Shown: piece after piece, positions 1-8,598 of the stretch
Layout of the letters: each line of letters begins with the position of its first letter
Position numbering within the stretch: the first letter of the stretch is position 1
Assembly (NCBI GenBank): GCA_964510485.1
Contig: CAZEBT010000001.1
Coordinates: 1 to 53,452 of the forward strand
Length of the DNA: 53,452 nt
DNA from: an uncultured Dehalococcoidales bacterium
Lineage (GTDB): Bacteria > Chloroflexota > Dehalococcoidia > Dehalococcoidales > Fen-1064
Direction of reading: 5' to 3'
Notes under the pieces: model-generated
Database searches by the model: none
What the model was told of the DNA's origin: nothing
What the model saw: only the letters and a program-made list of their open reading frames with translations
Position numbers and translations under genes: made by a program

Positions 1-1156
1 CGCCGGGCAGGGGCGCTACCGGTTCGGTTAGCAGGAATTTACCGCTCTGTATCCATTCCTTCAGAGTGGTGGCAATCTCTGCTGCCCTGGGGTAGCTGGA
101 TAGGGAGGCAGTGGGTACCTTCTTACCCTGGACTGTTATCTTGCCGCTCTTCAGTTGAGCGTAGCTGACCTCCGCCAGGATATCCGGTTTCATCTGGGGG
201 AATGCCTCTGAATAGTCAACAACGGGGGCGAGGATGTCTGCGTCGGTTACCATGGCATACCGCAGGATTTCCTCGGAGAGTATCGGTATGGGGACCCCGA
301 TGCCTACCGTGAGAGTAGCCCCGTAGCCCAGTATGCTGGTTCCCACCAGCCACCTGGGGTTCATTTGCTTCAAATCGCCTATTACCGCCAGTGTCCCGCT
401 GCCCCTCGTGGGCACCCCTTTCTTGGAGCGGGGCGCAGCCGGGTTGTGCTGGGTGCCCTGCCAGGCGACAAAGCCTGTACCACCGCCGAGGAATATCTTG
501 GTGCCTATGCCAATGGTCTTGTAGTAGGGGTCATTGAGCAGCGGTGAGAGCTGCCCGGCACTACAGTAGTTGGCGTTACCCAGGTCGGGTCTCAGTATCC
601 CCAGGTAGGTGTGGATTGTCTTGCTGGAGCGGTTTACAGCCACATTGTAGTTCTGGTAGGCGTTCCTGGGGTTAAAGAGCACGGCCTCATTGAGGTCTTT
701 TATATTTATCCAGGTCTCCAGCCTTCTCCTGGGGTAGCAGTCTGTGCTGTAGCTGGTAGCTATCAGCCTTACGTCTTTGCCAGCGACCAGTTCCTCAATT
801 ACGTGTCCCCCGCCATAGTTGAATTCGCCGGGGTAAATCCTGTTTCTGGGGTCATCATCCGGCAGGGCAGTAGCTCCGATATATATGTCCATTGCCCCTA
901 ACCCGGTGTAAGCAGGGACATCATTGAGGTGGGTCCTGCCGCCGCCGAGCTTTATCCTCGGACTGGTGTGGCCGATATTGAAGTAGGCGCCGGACGAGCA
1001 CATGGGACTGAAGGTACCGGTGGTCACCACGTCCACATCCTCGGCTGCTTTTTTAACGCCCTTCGCCTTAGCCAGGTCAATTATTTCTTCGGCGGTAACA
1101 ACCACCGCTTCCCCGTTACGAATCCTTTTGTTGATTTCCGCGATTGTTTTTGCCAT
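1..1156 (-). CDS. Homocysteine biosynthesis protein, COG1900/DUF39 family (sulfur-incorporating, archaeal-type pathway); its 3' end runs off the window
   Basis: It is not in the ORF track because it is open to the window edge. My reverse-strand translation from the ATG (cat at 1154-1156) reads MAKTIAEINKRIRNGEAVVVTAEEIIDLAKAKG...DVVTTGTFSPMCSSGAYFNIGH...YPGEFNYGGGHVIEEL without a stop down to position 1. The four + strand track ORFs in this interval are shadow ORFs. Confidence 0.7.
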   Translation of the reverse strand, partial: MAKTIAEINKRIRNGEAVVVTAEEIIDLAKAKGVKKAAEDVDVVTTGTFSPMCSSGAYFNIGHTSPRIKLGGGRTHLNDVPAYTGLGAMDIYIGATALPDDDPRNRIYPGEFNYGGGHVIEELVAGKDVRLIATSYSTDCYPRRRLETWINIKDLNEAVLFNPRNAYQNYNVAVNRSSKTIHTYLGILRPDLGNANYCSAGQLSPLLNDPYYKTIGIGTKIFLGGGTGFVAWQGTQHNPAAPRSKKGVPTRGSGTLAVIGDLKQMNPRWLVGTSILGYGATLTVGIGVPIPILSEEILRYAMVTDADILAPVVDYSEAFPQMKPDILAEVSYAQLKSGKITVQGKKVPTASLSSYPRAAEIATTLKEWIQSGKFLLTEPVAPLPG

Positions 1157-1225
1157 ATCTCCACCATAGTAATACTTAGATGCTGAGCTTGTCAATTGGC
1201 ATAACACGGCGGATGTTGCTCAATT

Positions 1226-1254
1226 TTGACAAAGGGGGCTGGGCTTGCTACGCT
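1226..1254 (+). promoter_or_regulatory. Candidate sigma70-type promoter upstream of the PHP gene
   Basis: TTGACA (1226-1231), a 17-nt spacer, then TACGCT (1249-1254), about 30 nt before the TTG start at 1287. Confidence 0.3.
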
Positions 1255-1286
1255 ATTTATAGCCATTAATCAGATAGAATAGTTAG

Positions 1287-2024
1287 TTGAGTAGAGTCGA
1301 AGGTTTATCATTCAGGAAGGCAGACCTGCATATACATACCCCCCAGTCCATGTGTTATAGTGACCCCCTGGTTACTCCGGAGCAGATTGTGAGTGCGGCG
1401 CTGGCTGCCGGGCTGGAGGTAATTGCAGTAACAGACCACAATACGGCTGAGGCAGTAGATGAGATGAGGCGGGTTGGTGGAGAGAGGGGGCTCTTCGTCT
1501 TTCCCGGGATTGAGCTATCGACAAAGGGCGGGCATTTTATTGCTATATTTGAGCTGGATACGCCTGTGGAGAGGCTGCGGGATTTCCTTGGTTACGTCGG
1601 AATTGCTCAGGAAGCATGGGGGGATGCCGCTGCTGTGGCAGGCGGCGAGCCAGAAGAGGTCTTTCGGGGGGTTGAGGAGTGGGGAGGGATAGTTATCGCC
1701 GCTCATATTGAGAGATGGCCGAGGGGGTTTCTCAAGACAGATGAACCGCGCCGGGTCAAGGTAAGGATTCATAGCAGTAGATACCTCAGCGCCCTGGAAA
1801 TCACCGTGCCGCAGGATAAAAGCCTGTGGAATGGCGGGCGGGTGCGCAACTACCGCAAGAAGTATGCCTGTATTCAGGGCTCGGATGCACATGCCCTGGA
1901 TGAGATTGGCCGGCGGCCGGTATATATTCAAATGGAGAGAGTGGGACTGGATGCCCTGCGGTCAGCCTTTCTTGATTATGAGGCGAAGATTCTCTTTCCT
2001 GATGAGCTTCCCCTGGAAGAATAG
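1287..2024 (+). CDS. PHP-domain metal-dependent phosphoesterase
   Basis: 245 aa with a TTG start. It carries the N-terminal PHP signature ADLHIHTPQSMCYSD, then AVTDHNT, and later GSDAH. Confidence 0.75.
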   Translation: MSRVEGLSFRKADLHIHTPQSMCYSDPLVTPEQIVSAALAAGLEVIAVTDHNTAEAVDEMRRVGGERGLFVFPGIELSTKGGHFIAIFELDTPVERLRDFLGYVGIAQEAWGDAAAVAGGEPEEVFRGVEEWGGIVIAAHIERWPRGFLKTDEPRRVKVRIHSSRYLSALEITVPQDKSLWNGGRVRNYRKKYACIQGSDAHALDEIGRRPVYIQMERVGLDALRSAFLDYEAKILFPDELPLEE

Positions 2025-2072
2025 CGGACTCAAAGTAATACGGTTGCCACGAATAACCGGAAGAAAGGAAGT

Positions 2073-2873
2073 TTGGGTATGGATTATCAGGACATTATTT
2101 ACACCAAGCAAGAAGGCATTGCCACTATAACACTGAACCGACCGGACAAGATGAATGCCTTTACTCCTGAGATGATGGACAGCGTATACCAGGCTGTGGA
2201 AGATGTTCGCAGCGATAAAGAGGTGAAGGTATTGATTATTACCGGTACCGGTCGGGCATTCTGCTCTGGTGCCGATGTCAAGGCAATGGCAAAGAGTTTT
2301 GACCAGCCGGGTGGTGGCAGAGGGAGGAGAGTACCAGGGGCGGAGCGCGTGTCGCTCTACCTGCTGTTTCAGAGGTGTGAGAAGCCGATAATTGCGGCAG
2401 TCAACGGGGTGGCAGTCGGTGGGGGGCTTGACCTTGCCTGTGCCTGTGACATCAGGATAGCATCGGACAGGGCAAGATTTGCCGAGGTCTTCATAAGAAG
2501 GGGGATGATTCCGGCTTCCGGGGGCACCTTCTTTTTACCGAGGCTGGTTGGTCTAGATAAGGCACTTGAACTCATCTGGACCGGTGATATGGTTGATGCC
2601 ACAGAAGCCAGGCGCATTGGTCTGGTGACCATGGTTGTTCCACACGAGGAGCTGGAGAGCGCCACGCTGGAGCTGGCGGAGAAGCTGGCAAAGGGACCTT
2701 CCCTGGCTATTCAGACGGCGAAGCGTATTGTATATGAGGGGCTTGACATGGACCTGGAAACGACCCTGAAGAGCGTATCAGCGGCTCTTAAGGAGATTAC
2801 CCGGACCAGGGACCATGAAGAAGGGGCTAAGGCATTCGTGGAGAAGAGGGAGCCTGTATTCAGGGGGGAGTAG
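2073..2873 (+). CDS. Enoyl-CoA hydratase/isomerase (crotonase family)
   Basis: 266 aa with crotonase motifs ITGTGRAFCSGADV and AAVNGVAVGGGLDLACACD. Confidence 0.9.
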   Translation: MGMDYQDIIYTKQEGIATITLNRPDKMNAFTPEMMDSVYQAVEDVRSDKEVKVLIITGTGRAFCSGADVKAMAKSFDQPGGGRGRRVPGAERVSLYLLFQRCEKPIIAAVNGVAVGGGLDLACACDIRIASDRARFAEVFIRRGMIPASGGTFFLPRLVGLDKALELIWTGDMVDATEARRIGLVTMVVPHEELESATLELAEKLAKGPSLAIQTAKRIVYEGLDMDLETTLKSVSAALKEITRTRDHEEGAKAFVEKREPVFRGE

Positions 2874-2881
2874 CCCGATTT

Positions 2882-5293
2882 TTACCCTTCCTTAGCATCC
2901 TCACCCTTGGTGAAGTCTCTGAGTTTCTCTGCCAGGGTCTCCAGACGTTTCTGGACTCTATCATTGACTGAGTCTGGCTCAAAGCTGCCGTCTTCCAGGT
3001 GTTTGCCCGCCTTGACCCCGGTAAGCACCTCAATGCCTTCATCAATCGTGTTTACAGGATAGATGTGGAACCTTCCTGCCCTGACTGCCTCCGCCACCTC
3101 CTCTTTGAGCATCAGATTATGAGTGTTGCTGGCCGGGATAAGGACTCCCTGCTGCCCGTTCAGTCCCTTAGCCTGGCATACCTCAAAGAAGCCTTCAACC
3201 TTCTCGTTTATCCCCCCGATAGCCTGCACCTCTCCTTTCTGGTCAACTGAGCCGGTTACAGCAATGCCCTGCTTTATGGGCACCTCGGACAGGCGGGACA
3301 GGATAGCATAGAGCTCGGTGCTGGAGGCGCTGTCTCCTTCTACCTCTTCATAGCTCTGCTCAAATACGAGGCGGGACGAAAGTGATAGCGGGATTTCCCG
3401 GACATATTTCTCGGTGATATAGCCGCTCAGTATCATTACCCCCTTGGTGTGAAGGCGGCCTCCCAGCTTGGCTTCTCTCTCAATGTCAAGCAGGCCCTCC
3501 CTACCCACGCTGGCACTGGCCGTTATACGGGTCGGTTTGCCAAAGGCAAAATCTCCGAGGTCTATCACTGACAGGCCGTTTACCTGTCCCACCTTCTCCC
3601 CCTCAGTGTCTATTATAATCGTGCCCCTGTTTATCATCTCGTTGATGCGCTGATGGATAAGGTTGGAGCGATAGACCCTCTGCTCTAATGCCCTGTCCAC
3701 GTGTCTGGCTTCTATGAGGGGAGACCCTTCTTCCCCTGCCCAGAAGTTAGCCTCACGGATAATATCGGCGATATCGGCAAACAGTGTGGACAGCTTTTCC
3801 TGGTCTTCACTGAGCCGTGAGCTATACTCTGTAATTTTGGCGAGGGCATCATTCTTCAGGTGCGTCAGGTTTTCCTCTTTACATATGTGGCAGATGACAG
3901 CCGCGTAGTCTTTCAGGCTGGTCTCTGTCCTGTCCATCCGGGTGTCAAAATCCGCCTTGACCTTGAATAGCTCTTTGAATTCGGGGTCCAGCTGCAACAG
4001 CAGGTAGTAAAACATTGGCTCGCCGATAACTACTGCCTTGATATCCAGCGGGATGGGTTCCGGCCTGAGGCTCTTTGTTGCCATGAAACCCAGCCGTTCA
4101 CCCATTTCTTCAATAATGAGCTTACCGTCACGGAGGGTCCTTTTCAGGCCGTCCCAGGCGAGGTAGTTGGTGAGGAGGTCTTCAATCCTCACCACCAGAT
4201 AACCGCCATTGGCCCGGTGCATGGAGCCACTTTTTATCATGGTAAAATCGGTGTACAGGGCACCAAACTGGGCTTCCTTCTCAAGGCGACCAAAGAGATT
4301 GTTAAAGGTGGGGTTTAGTTCCAGAATTACCGGGGCGCCCTTCAGTTCTGAGTTATCTACCAGAACATTGACCTCATACTTTCTGAGGGACTGTTGTCGG
4401 GTGGCAGTTTGTATGGCAGCCACGGGGTCTGATTCTGAGGCTTTAGGTTCCGATTTGAGCTGCCCGAAGTTCTCAATAATATCCTGTTTAACCTCATTCA
4501 GGTATTCTAGCACCTGTGGAAGCTGGCTATACCTTTTCTCCAGTTCTTCAAAGAGGTAGCCAATGGAGTAGCTGGTTACCTCACGGTCGGTGTCTTCCAT
4601 CTGTTTCTCAACAGTGCTCTCCTCGGTCCTGAATTCAGCTATTCTCTCGCTGAGTTCCCTGGCCAGTTCATCCTGGTTCTTGCTTAGCTCCTCTCTAATT
4701 TTGGGGCTCAACTTCTGGTACTCCTCCTCACTTATAGGCTGGCCGTCAGGGGCCGGTATAAATACCAGCCCCACCTGGGTAGGGCGCAGTTGGAGTCCCT
4801 TGTCTCTGGCTTTTTGACTGATGAGGCTGAAGGCTGCGTCTCTCTTTCTGCTGAACTCCTCGGTTATTTCTGAGCGCCGTTCGGCGTATTCTTTGCTGCT
4901 GAATGCCTGGACGAGGCTCCGACGGGCGCTATCAATAACGTGTTTCATATCTTTTTGCAGGCCCTGTCCTGTGCTGGCGGGCATCTTCAGGGCTCGGGGG
5001 CAATCTGAATCACGGAAGTTGTGCACGTAGCACCAGTCAGGGGGGACATCTTTTTTGGTTGCCAGTGCCTCCAGAAAGGACTTGATTGCTGTGGTTCTAC
5101 CGGTGCCGGCCAGACCGGAGACGTAGATGTTAAATCCCGGTTTGAGGATGTTTAGCCCGAATCGGAGGGCACTGAGGGCTCTATCCTGCCCGATAATACT
5201 CTCTACAGGGTCCAGTTCCGCGGTTGAGTTGCAGTCAAACAGAGAGGGGTCACAGATTTTTCTTACCTGCGCTGCTGTTAGTTCACTGGGCAT
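2882..5293 (-). CDS. Lon-like protease of the LonC/COG1067 type: an AAA-like domain with a degenerate Walker A, a long helical insertion and a C-terminal Ser-Lys protease domain
   Basis: The track ORF is 2882-5326. AAGGAGG (5300-5306) sits 6 nt upstream of the third in-frame ATG, so 5293 is the likely start. The P-loop reads GLAGTGRTT (Arg in place of Lys) and the Walker B region reads GGYLVVRIEDLL. About 300 charged, helical residues lie between them. The C-terminal Lon protease motifs are GDSASSTELYAILS and AIGGINEKVEGFF. Confidence 0.75.
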   Translation of the reverse strand: MPSELTAAQVRKICDPSLFDCNSTAELDPVESIIGQDRALSALRFGLNILKPGFNIYVSGLAGTGRTTAIKSFLEALATKKDVPPDWCYVHNFRDSDCPRALKMPASTGQGLQKDMKHVIDSARRSLVQAFSSKEYAERRSEITEEFSRKRDAAFSLISQKARDKGLQLRPTQVGLVFIPAPDGQPISEEEYQKLSPKIREELSKNQDELARELSERIAEFRTEESTVEKQMEDTDREVTSYSIGYLFEELEKRYSQLPQVLEYLNEVKQDIIENFGQLKSEPKASESDPVAAIQTATRQQSLRKYEVNVLVDNSELKGAPVILELNPTFNNLFGRLEKEAQFGALYTDFTMIKSGSMHRANGGYLVVRIEDLLTNYLAWDGLKRTLRDGKLIIEEMGERLGFMATKSLRPEPIPLDIKAVVIGEPMFYYLLLQLDPEFKELFKVKADFDTRMDRTETSLKDYAAVICHICKEENLTHLKNDALAKITEYSSRLSEDQEKLSTLFADIADIIREANFWAGEEGSPLIEARHVDRALEQRVYRSNLIHQRINEMINRGTIIIDTEGEKVGQVNGLSVIDLGDFAFGKPTRITASASVGREGLLDIEREAKLGGRLHTKGVMILSGYITEKYVREIPLSLSSRLVFEQSYEEVEGDSASSTELYAILSRLSEVPIKQGIAVTGSVDQKGEVQAIGGINEKVEGFFEVCQAKGLNGQQGVLIPASNTHNLMLKEEVAEAVRAGRFHIYPVNTIDEGIEVLTGVKAGKHLEDGSFEPDSVNDRVQKRLETLAEKLRDFTKGEDAKEG

Positions 5294-5377
5294 GTTCTGC
5301 CTCCTTGGCTCTGGCATGTGTGCCATTATTTGGTTACGGGCGAGAGAAATAGCTCAGGGCGGGGTGACCTCAGGCAA

Positions 5378-6031
5378 TCAGAACCTGTCCTGGAGCCCCT
5401 TGCGCTGGAAGACATGGCGCCAGTTGCCTGCCTTGGTCCGCATTTCCTTCACCCTGGGAACGTACCTGGTTGCCGGTATTAGCAATAGCACTGCTGAAAA
5501 AATAACCAGCGCCCCCGATTCATATCTCAGCCAGGCCACGAAGGGAGTACAGGCGAGAGCCAGGCTGTAGCTGAGGGTGGGGTAGCGTGTAATCAGCAGG
5601 GCGATTACGAAGATACCGATGCCAAAGGGCAGAGCCCAGGGCATCAGCAGGCCGAGCACCCCGATGCAGGTAGCTCCCCCCTTACCCCCGCGAAATCTAA
5701 GGAATACGGGGAGGCCATGACCAATTACGGCAACTCCTCCGGCGACAAGCTCAATTACAGGAACTCCGGCGACAACAGGCTCAACACCAGATAGTACCCC
5801 CAGCCAGCGAGCCAGCAAGACTGCAGCCACTCCCTTGGCGATATCTACCACCAGCACCAGGATGCCGTAGGCTACCCCTACGGTGTAGAAGACATTCATA
5901 GCCCCCATATTCCGGGTGCCGACATCACGAATGTCTATACCTCGCCGCAGACGGCTGACTAAATAGGCCGTGGGGAGCGACCCAATCAGGTAGGCACCTA
6001 TAATGGCCAGTGCTATGACGAGGCCAGTCAC
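5378..6031 (-). CDS. plsY: Glycerol-3-phosphate acyltransferase PlsY
   Basis: 217-aa polytopic membrane protein with GSLPTAYLVSR...DIRDVGTRNMGAMNV and FRGGKGGAT motifs. Confidence 0.85.
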   Translation of the reverse strand: MTGLVIALAIIGAYLIGSLPTAYLVSRLRRGIDIRDVGTRNMGAMNVFYTVGVAYGILVLVVDIAKGVAAVLLARWLGVLSGVEPVVAGVPVIELVAGGVAVIGHGLPVFLRFRGGKGGATCIGVLGLLMPWALPFGIGIFVIALLITRYPTLSYSLALACTPFVAWLRYESGALVIFSAVLLLIPATRYVPRVKEMRTKAGNWRHVFQRKGLQDRF

Positions 6032-6100
6032 AACCTTACCCTTTCGGGGTGTTCGGCCATTTTTCTGAGCTGGTAGTTCAGGATTTCTGGCTTTATAATG

Positions 6101-7315
6101 CTAGTTCTCTCTCTTGAGTATTGTGGTTGCTCCCTGGCCACCCCCGACGCACGCAGTGGCACAGCCGTAGGTTCCACCCTCTACATTCAGTATTCGGGCT
6201 GCTGTACCGACGAGCCTGGTCCCGGTGGCGCCCAGTGGATGGCCGAGGGCGACAGCCCCTCCCTTTATATTAACCTTTTCAGGGTCTATACCCAGCTCTT
6301 TTATTGAGTTAATTGTTACGATAGCAAACGCCTCGTTTATCTCCCAGAAATCGATATCTTTCACTTCCAGACCGGCATGCTCCAGAGCCATTCTGCTGGC
6401 TGGAATTGGGCCCAGCCCCATCATGGTGGGTTCAACGCCAGCCCAGCCCATGGACACAATGGTAGCCAAGGGTTTAAGCCCGTATTCCTTCGCCTTTTCT
6501 TTTGACATTAGAATCATGGCTGATGCCCCGGCATTAAGGGGTGAAGAGTTCCCCGCGGTTACCTGCCCGTCTTCCTTAAATGAGGGCGGCAACTGGGATA
6601 GACCCTCCATAGTTGTCGTTGCTCTGATGCTCTGGTCTGAGTCAATAACTCTCTTGGTGCCATCGGCCAGTGTTACCTCTATGGGCATTATTTCACCCTT
6701 GAAGAAGCCCTCTTCAAGTGCTTTGGCTGCCTTTTGCTGACTTCCGAGCGACCACTTGTCCATATCTTCTCTGTTGAAGTCTGAATGGGCAAGCAGTTTT
6801 TCGGCAGTGAGCCCCATGTTGGCGGTTGTCATAAAATCGTATTTCTTAAAGGCTTCATCGGTGATGAGTCTGGCGTTTGGTTCCACGGGCACCTGGCTCC
6901 GGTCACCTCCGCCCAGCGCCGGGATGTGGGTCATGTGTTCGATTCCACAGGAGACAACGATATCTGAGTATCCCAGCATGATTTCCATGGCGCCGGTGTG
7001 TATGGTTGACATTGAGGAGGCACACTGTCGGTCAATCCCCTGTCCGGCGACATTAATCGGTAACTCGGCGAGGAATACAATATTCCTTCCACCGTATAGC
7101 CACTGTTCGCGCACCGGCATTGCCGTTCCAGTGATTACATCGCCAATCTCCTCTGCTTTAATCCCGGTCCTCTTGACGAGTTCCTTGACCAGCATGGCGG
7201 CAACGTCATCCATTCTCAGGCTGTTGAACACGTCTCTCTCTGGTTCCCTCGGCCTTGACCGTGAGAATGCCGACCGGAGATAGTCCACTATCACTGCTTC
7301 TCTGATTTCTGCCAT
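6101..7315 (-). CDS. Acetyl-CoA C-acyltransferase (degradative thiolase)
   Basis: 404 aa with the nucleophile context IDRQCASS and the C-terminal motif GCATACVGGGQGATTIL. Confidence 0.9.
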   Translation of the reverse strand: MAEIREAVIVDYLRSAFSRSRPREPERDVFNSLRMDDVAAMLVKELVKRTGIKAEEIGDVITGTAMPVREQWLYGGRNIVFLAELPINVAGQGIDRQCASSMSTIHTGAMEIMLGYSDIVVSCGIEHMTHIPALGGGDRSQVPVEPNARLITDEAFKKYDFMTTANMGLTAEKLLAHSDFNREDMDKWSLGSQQKAAKALEEGFFKGEIMPIEVTLADGTKRVIDSDQSIRATTTMEGLSQLPPSFKEDGQVTAGNSSPLNAGASAMILMSKEKAKEYGLKPLATIVSMGWAGVEPTMMGLGPIPASRMALEHAGLEVKDIDFWEINEAFAIVTINSIKELGIDPEKVNIKGGAVALGHPLGATGTRLVGTAARILNVEGGTYGCATACVGGGQGATTILKREN

Positions 7316-7388
7316 TTCTTAACCTCCTTAATTTTAGGGGCACTATATTTTAATAAATTTGCTGAAATACTACCACCGGGGCTTGTAT

Positions 7389-8582
7389 TTACTTCAGCTG
7401 CTCTCTGGAGTAGTCAAGGACTCGCCGGGCGACAATCAGCATATTTATCTGGCCGGTGCCTTCGAAGATGTCATTTATTTTAGCATCGCGCATCCATTTC
7501 TCCAGGAGGTGCTTTCTGGAATAGCCCAGCGGTCCCATAAGCTCTATTGCTTTCTGGGTAATCCTGGTGACGGCCAGCCCTGCTTTTGCTTTGGCCATTG
7601 AGGCTTCCAGGCTGTTGGGCTGGAACTGACTCATCATCCACACCGCTCGTAGCATCAGCATCTTGGCTGCTTTGTAATTTACTTCCATATCCATGACATC
7701 ACGTTCGACAGCGCTTAGCTGATGATGTGATAGTCCGTAGCGTATCTCAATCCCCTCCTTCTCGAAGGTCTCCTTGACGAAATCGAGGGCAGCACGGCCG
7801 ACACCCAGGGCCATAGCGGCTATGATGGGTCGGGTAGCATCAAAGGTGGCCATGGCTCTCTTGAAGCCTGCCGTCTGGGACTTGTCTATCTTTCGGACTT
7901 CAGGGCTACCCAGTATATTCTCGTAGGGGATGCGGCAGTTGTCCAGGATGATGGTAGCCGTGTCGCTGGCTCTGATTCCCAGCTTGTCCTCGACCTTCTC
8001 AACCCTCATCCCTGGGGTTCCTGCCTCTACCACGAACGGTTTCATGCCGGCGCGCCCGGCTGATTTGTCTACGGTAGCCCAGACCACCACCAGGCCATCA
8101 GATTCATCCACAGACCTTTTACCCCCGGTTACGAATATCTTTTCGCCGTTGAGCACCCATTCGTCACCTTCGTGCACTGCGGTGGTGGTGATAGCTGCGG
8201 TATCCGAGCCACAGCCGGATTCGGTCATAGCCATAGCCCCCCACTTGGGGTCTCCTCCACCGTATTTTTTGAGGAAGCGCTCCTGCTGTTCCTGTGTGCC
8301 TGATGTTAGAATAGCCGCGCCCCCGAGGCCTGAACCAGGGCTACATAGCGTGAGACCGGCATCGCCCCAGCAGGTCTCCTCAATCCTGAGAGTAGCCGCT
8401 ATGCCCAGACCTAATATGCCGCCGGCTCCGGGGTCCTGCCACATTCTGTCAATGAGCTCCTTGGGGCTCTCGTGCTCATGTTCGTCGTAGTAACGAGCTA
8501 TGGGGCGGAGCATCTCCTCGGCTTGCTTGTGAGCTGCCTGTATTGAGGCTTCCTCTTCAGGTGTCAGTTCAAAATCAATCAT
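7389..8582 (-). CDS. Acyl-CoA dehydrogenase (catalytically complete subunit)
   Basis: 397 aa with ACAD-fold motifs (MTESGCGSD; GLVVVWA) and the C-terminal catalytic-base context DIFEGTGQINMLIVAR. Confidence 0.9.
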   Translation of the reverse strand: MIDFELTPEEEASIQAAHKQAEEMLRPIARYYDEHEHESPKELIDRMWQDPGAGGILGLGIAATLRIEETCWGDAGLTLCSPGSGLGGAAILTSGTQEQQERFLKKYGGGDPKWGAMAMTESGCGSDTAAITTTAVHEGDEWVLNGEKIFVTGGKRSVDESDGLVVVWATVDKSAGRAGMKPFVVEAGTPGMRVEKVEDKLGIRASDTATIILDNCRIPYENILGSPEVRKIDKSQTAGFKRAMATFDATRPIIAAMALGVGRAALDFVKETFEKEGIEIRYGLSHHQLSAVERDVMDMEVNYKAAKMLMLRAVWMMSQFQPNSLEASMAKAKAGLAVTRITQKAIELMGPLGYSRKHLLEKWMRDAKINDIFEGTGQINMLIVARRVLDYSREQLK

Positions 8583-8598
8583 AACCCTTTACCTCCTT

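Noticed and set aside
2882-5326. The Lon-like protease as BrxL of a BREX defence system
   Set aside because: No PglX methyltransferase, PglZ, BrxA, BrxB or BrxC genes are nearby. The neighbours are plsY and a crotonase. The domain pattern fits LonC/COG1067 housekeeping-type proteases.
6225-7283. Long + strand track ORFs inside the thiolase gene (6225-6740 and 6756-7283). Similar antisense ORFs lie inside other genes, for example 7930-8490, 9254-9742, 15697-16251, 25589-26065, 32253-33157, 42458-43045 and 45257-46477.
   Set aside because: Each lies wholly within a longer opposite-strand ORF that has clear family motifs. Their translations are Ser/Pro/Arg/Ala-rich and low in complexity, with no motifs or SD. 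They are typical shadow ORFs of GC-rich coding DNA.
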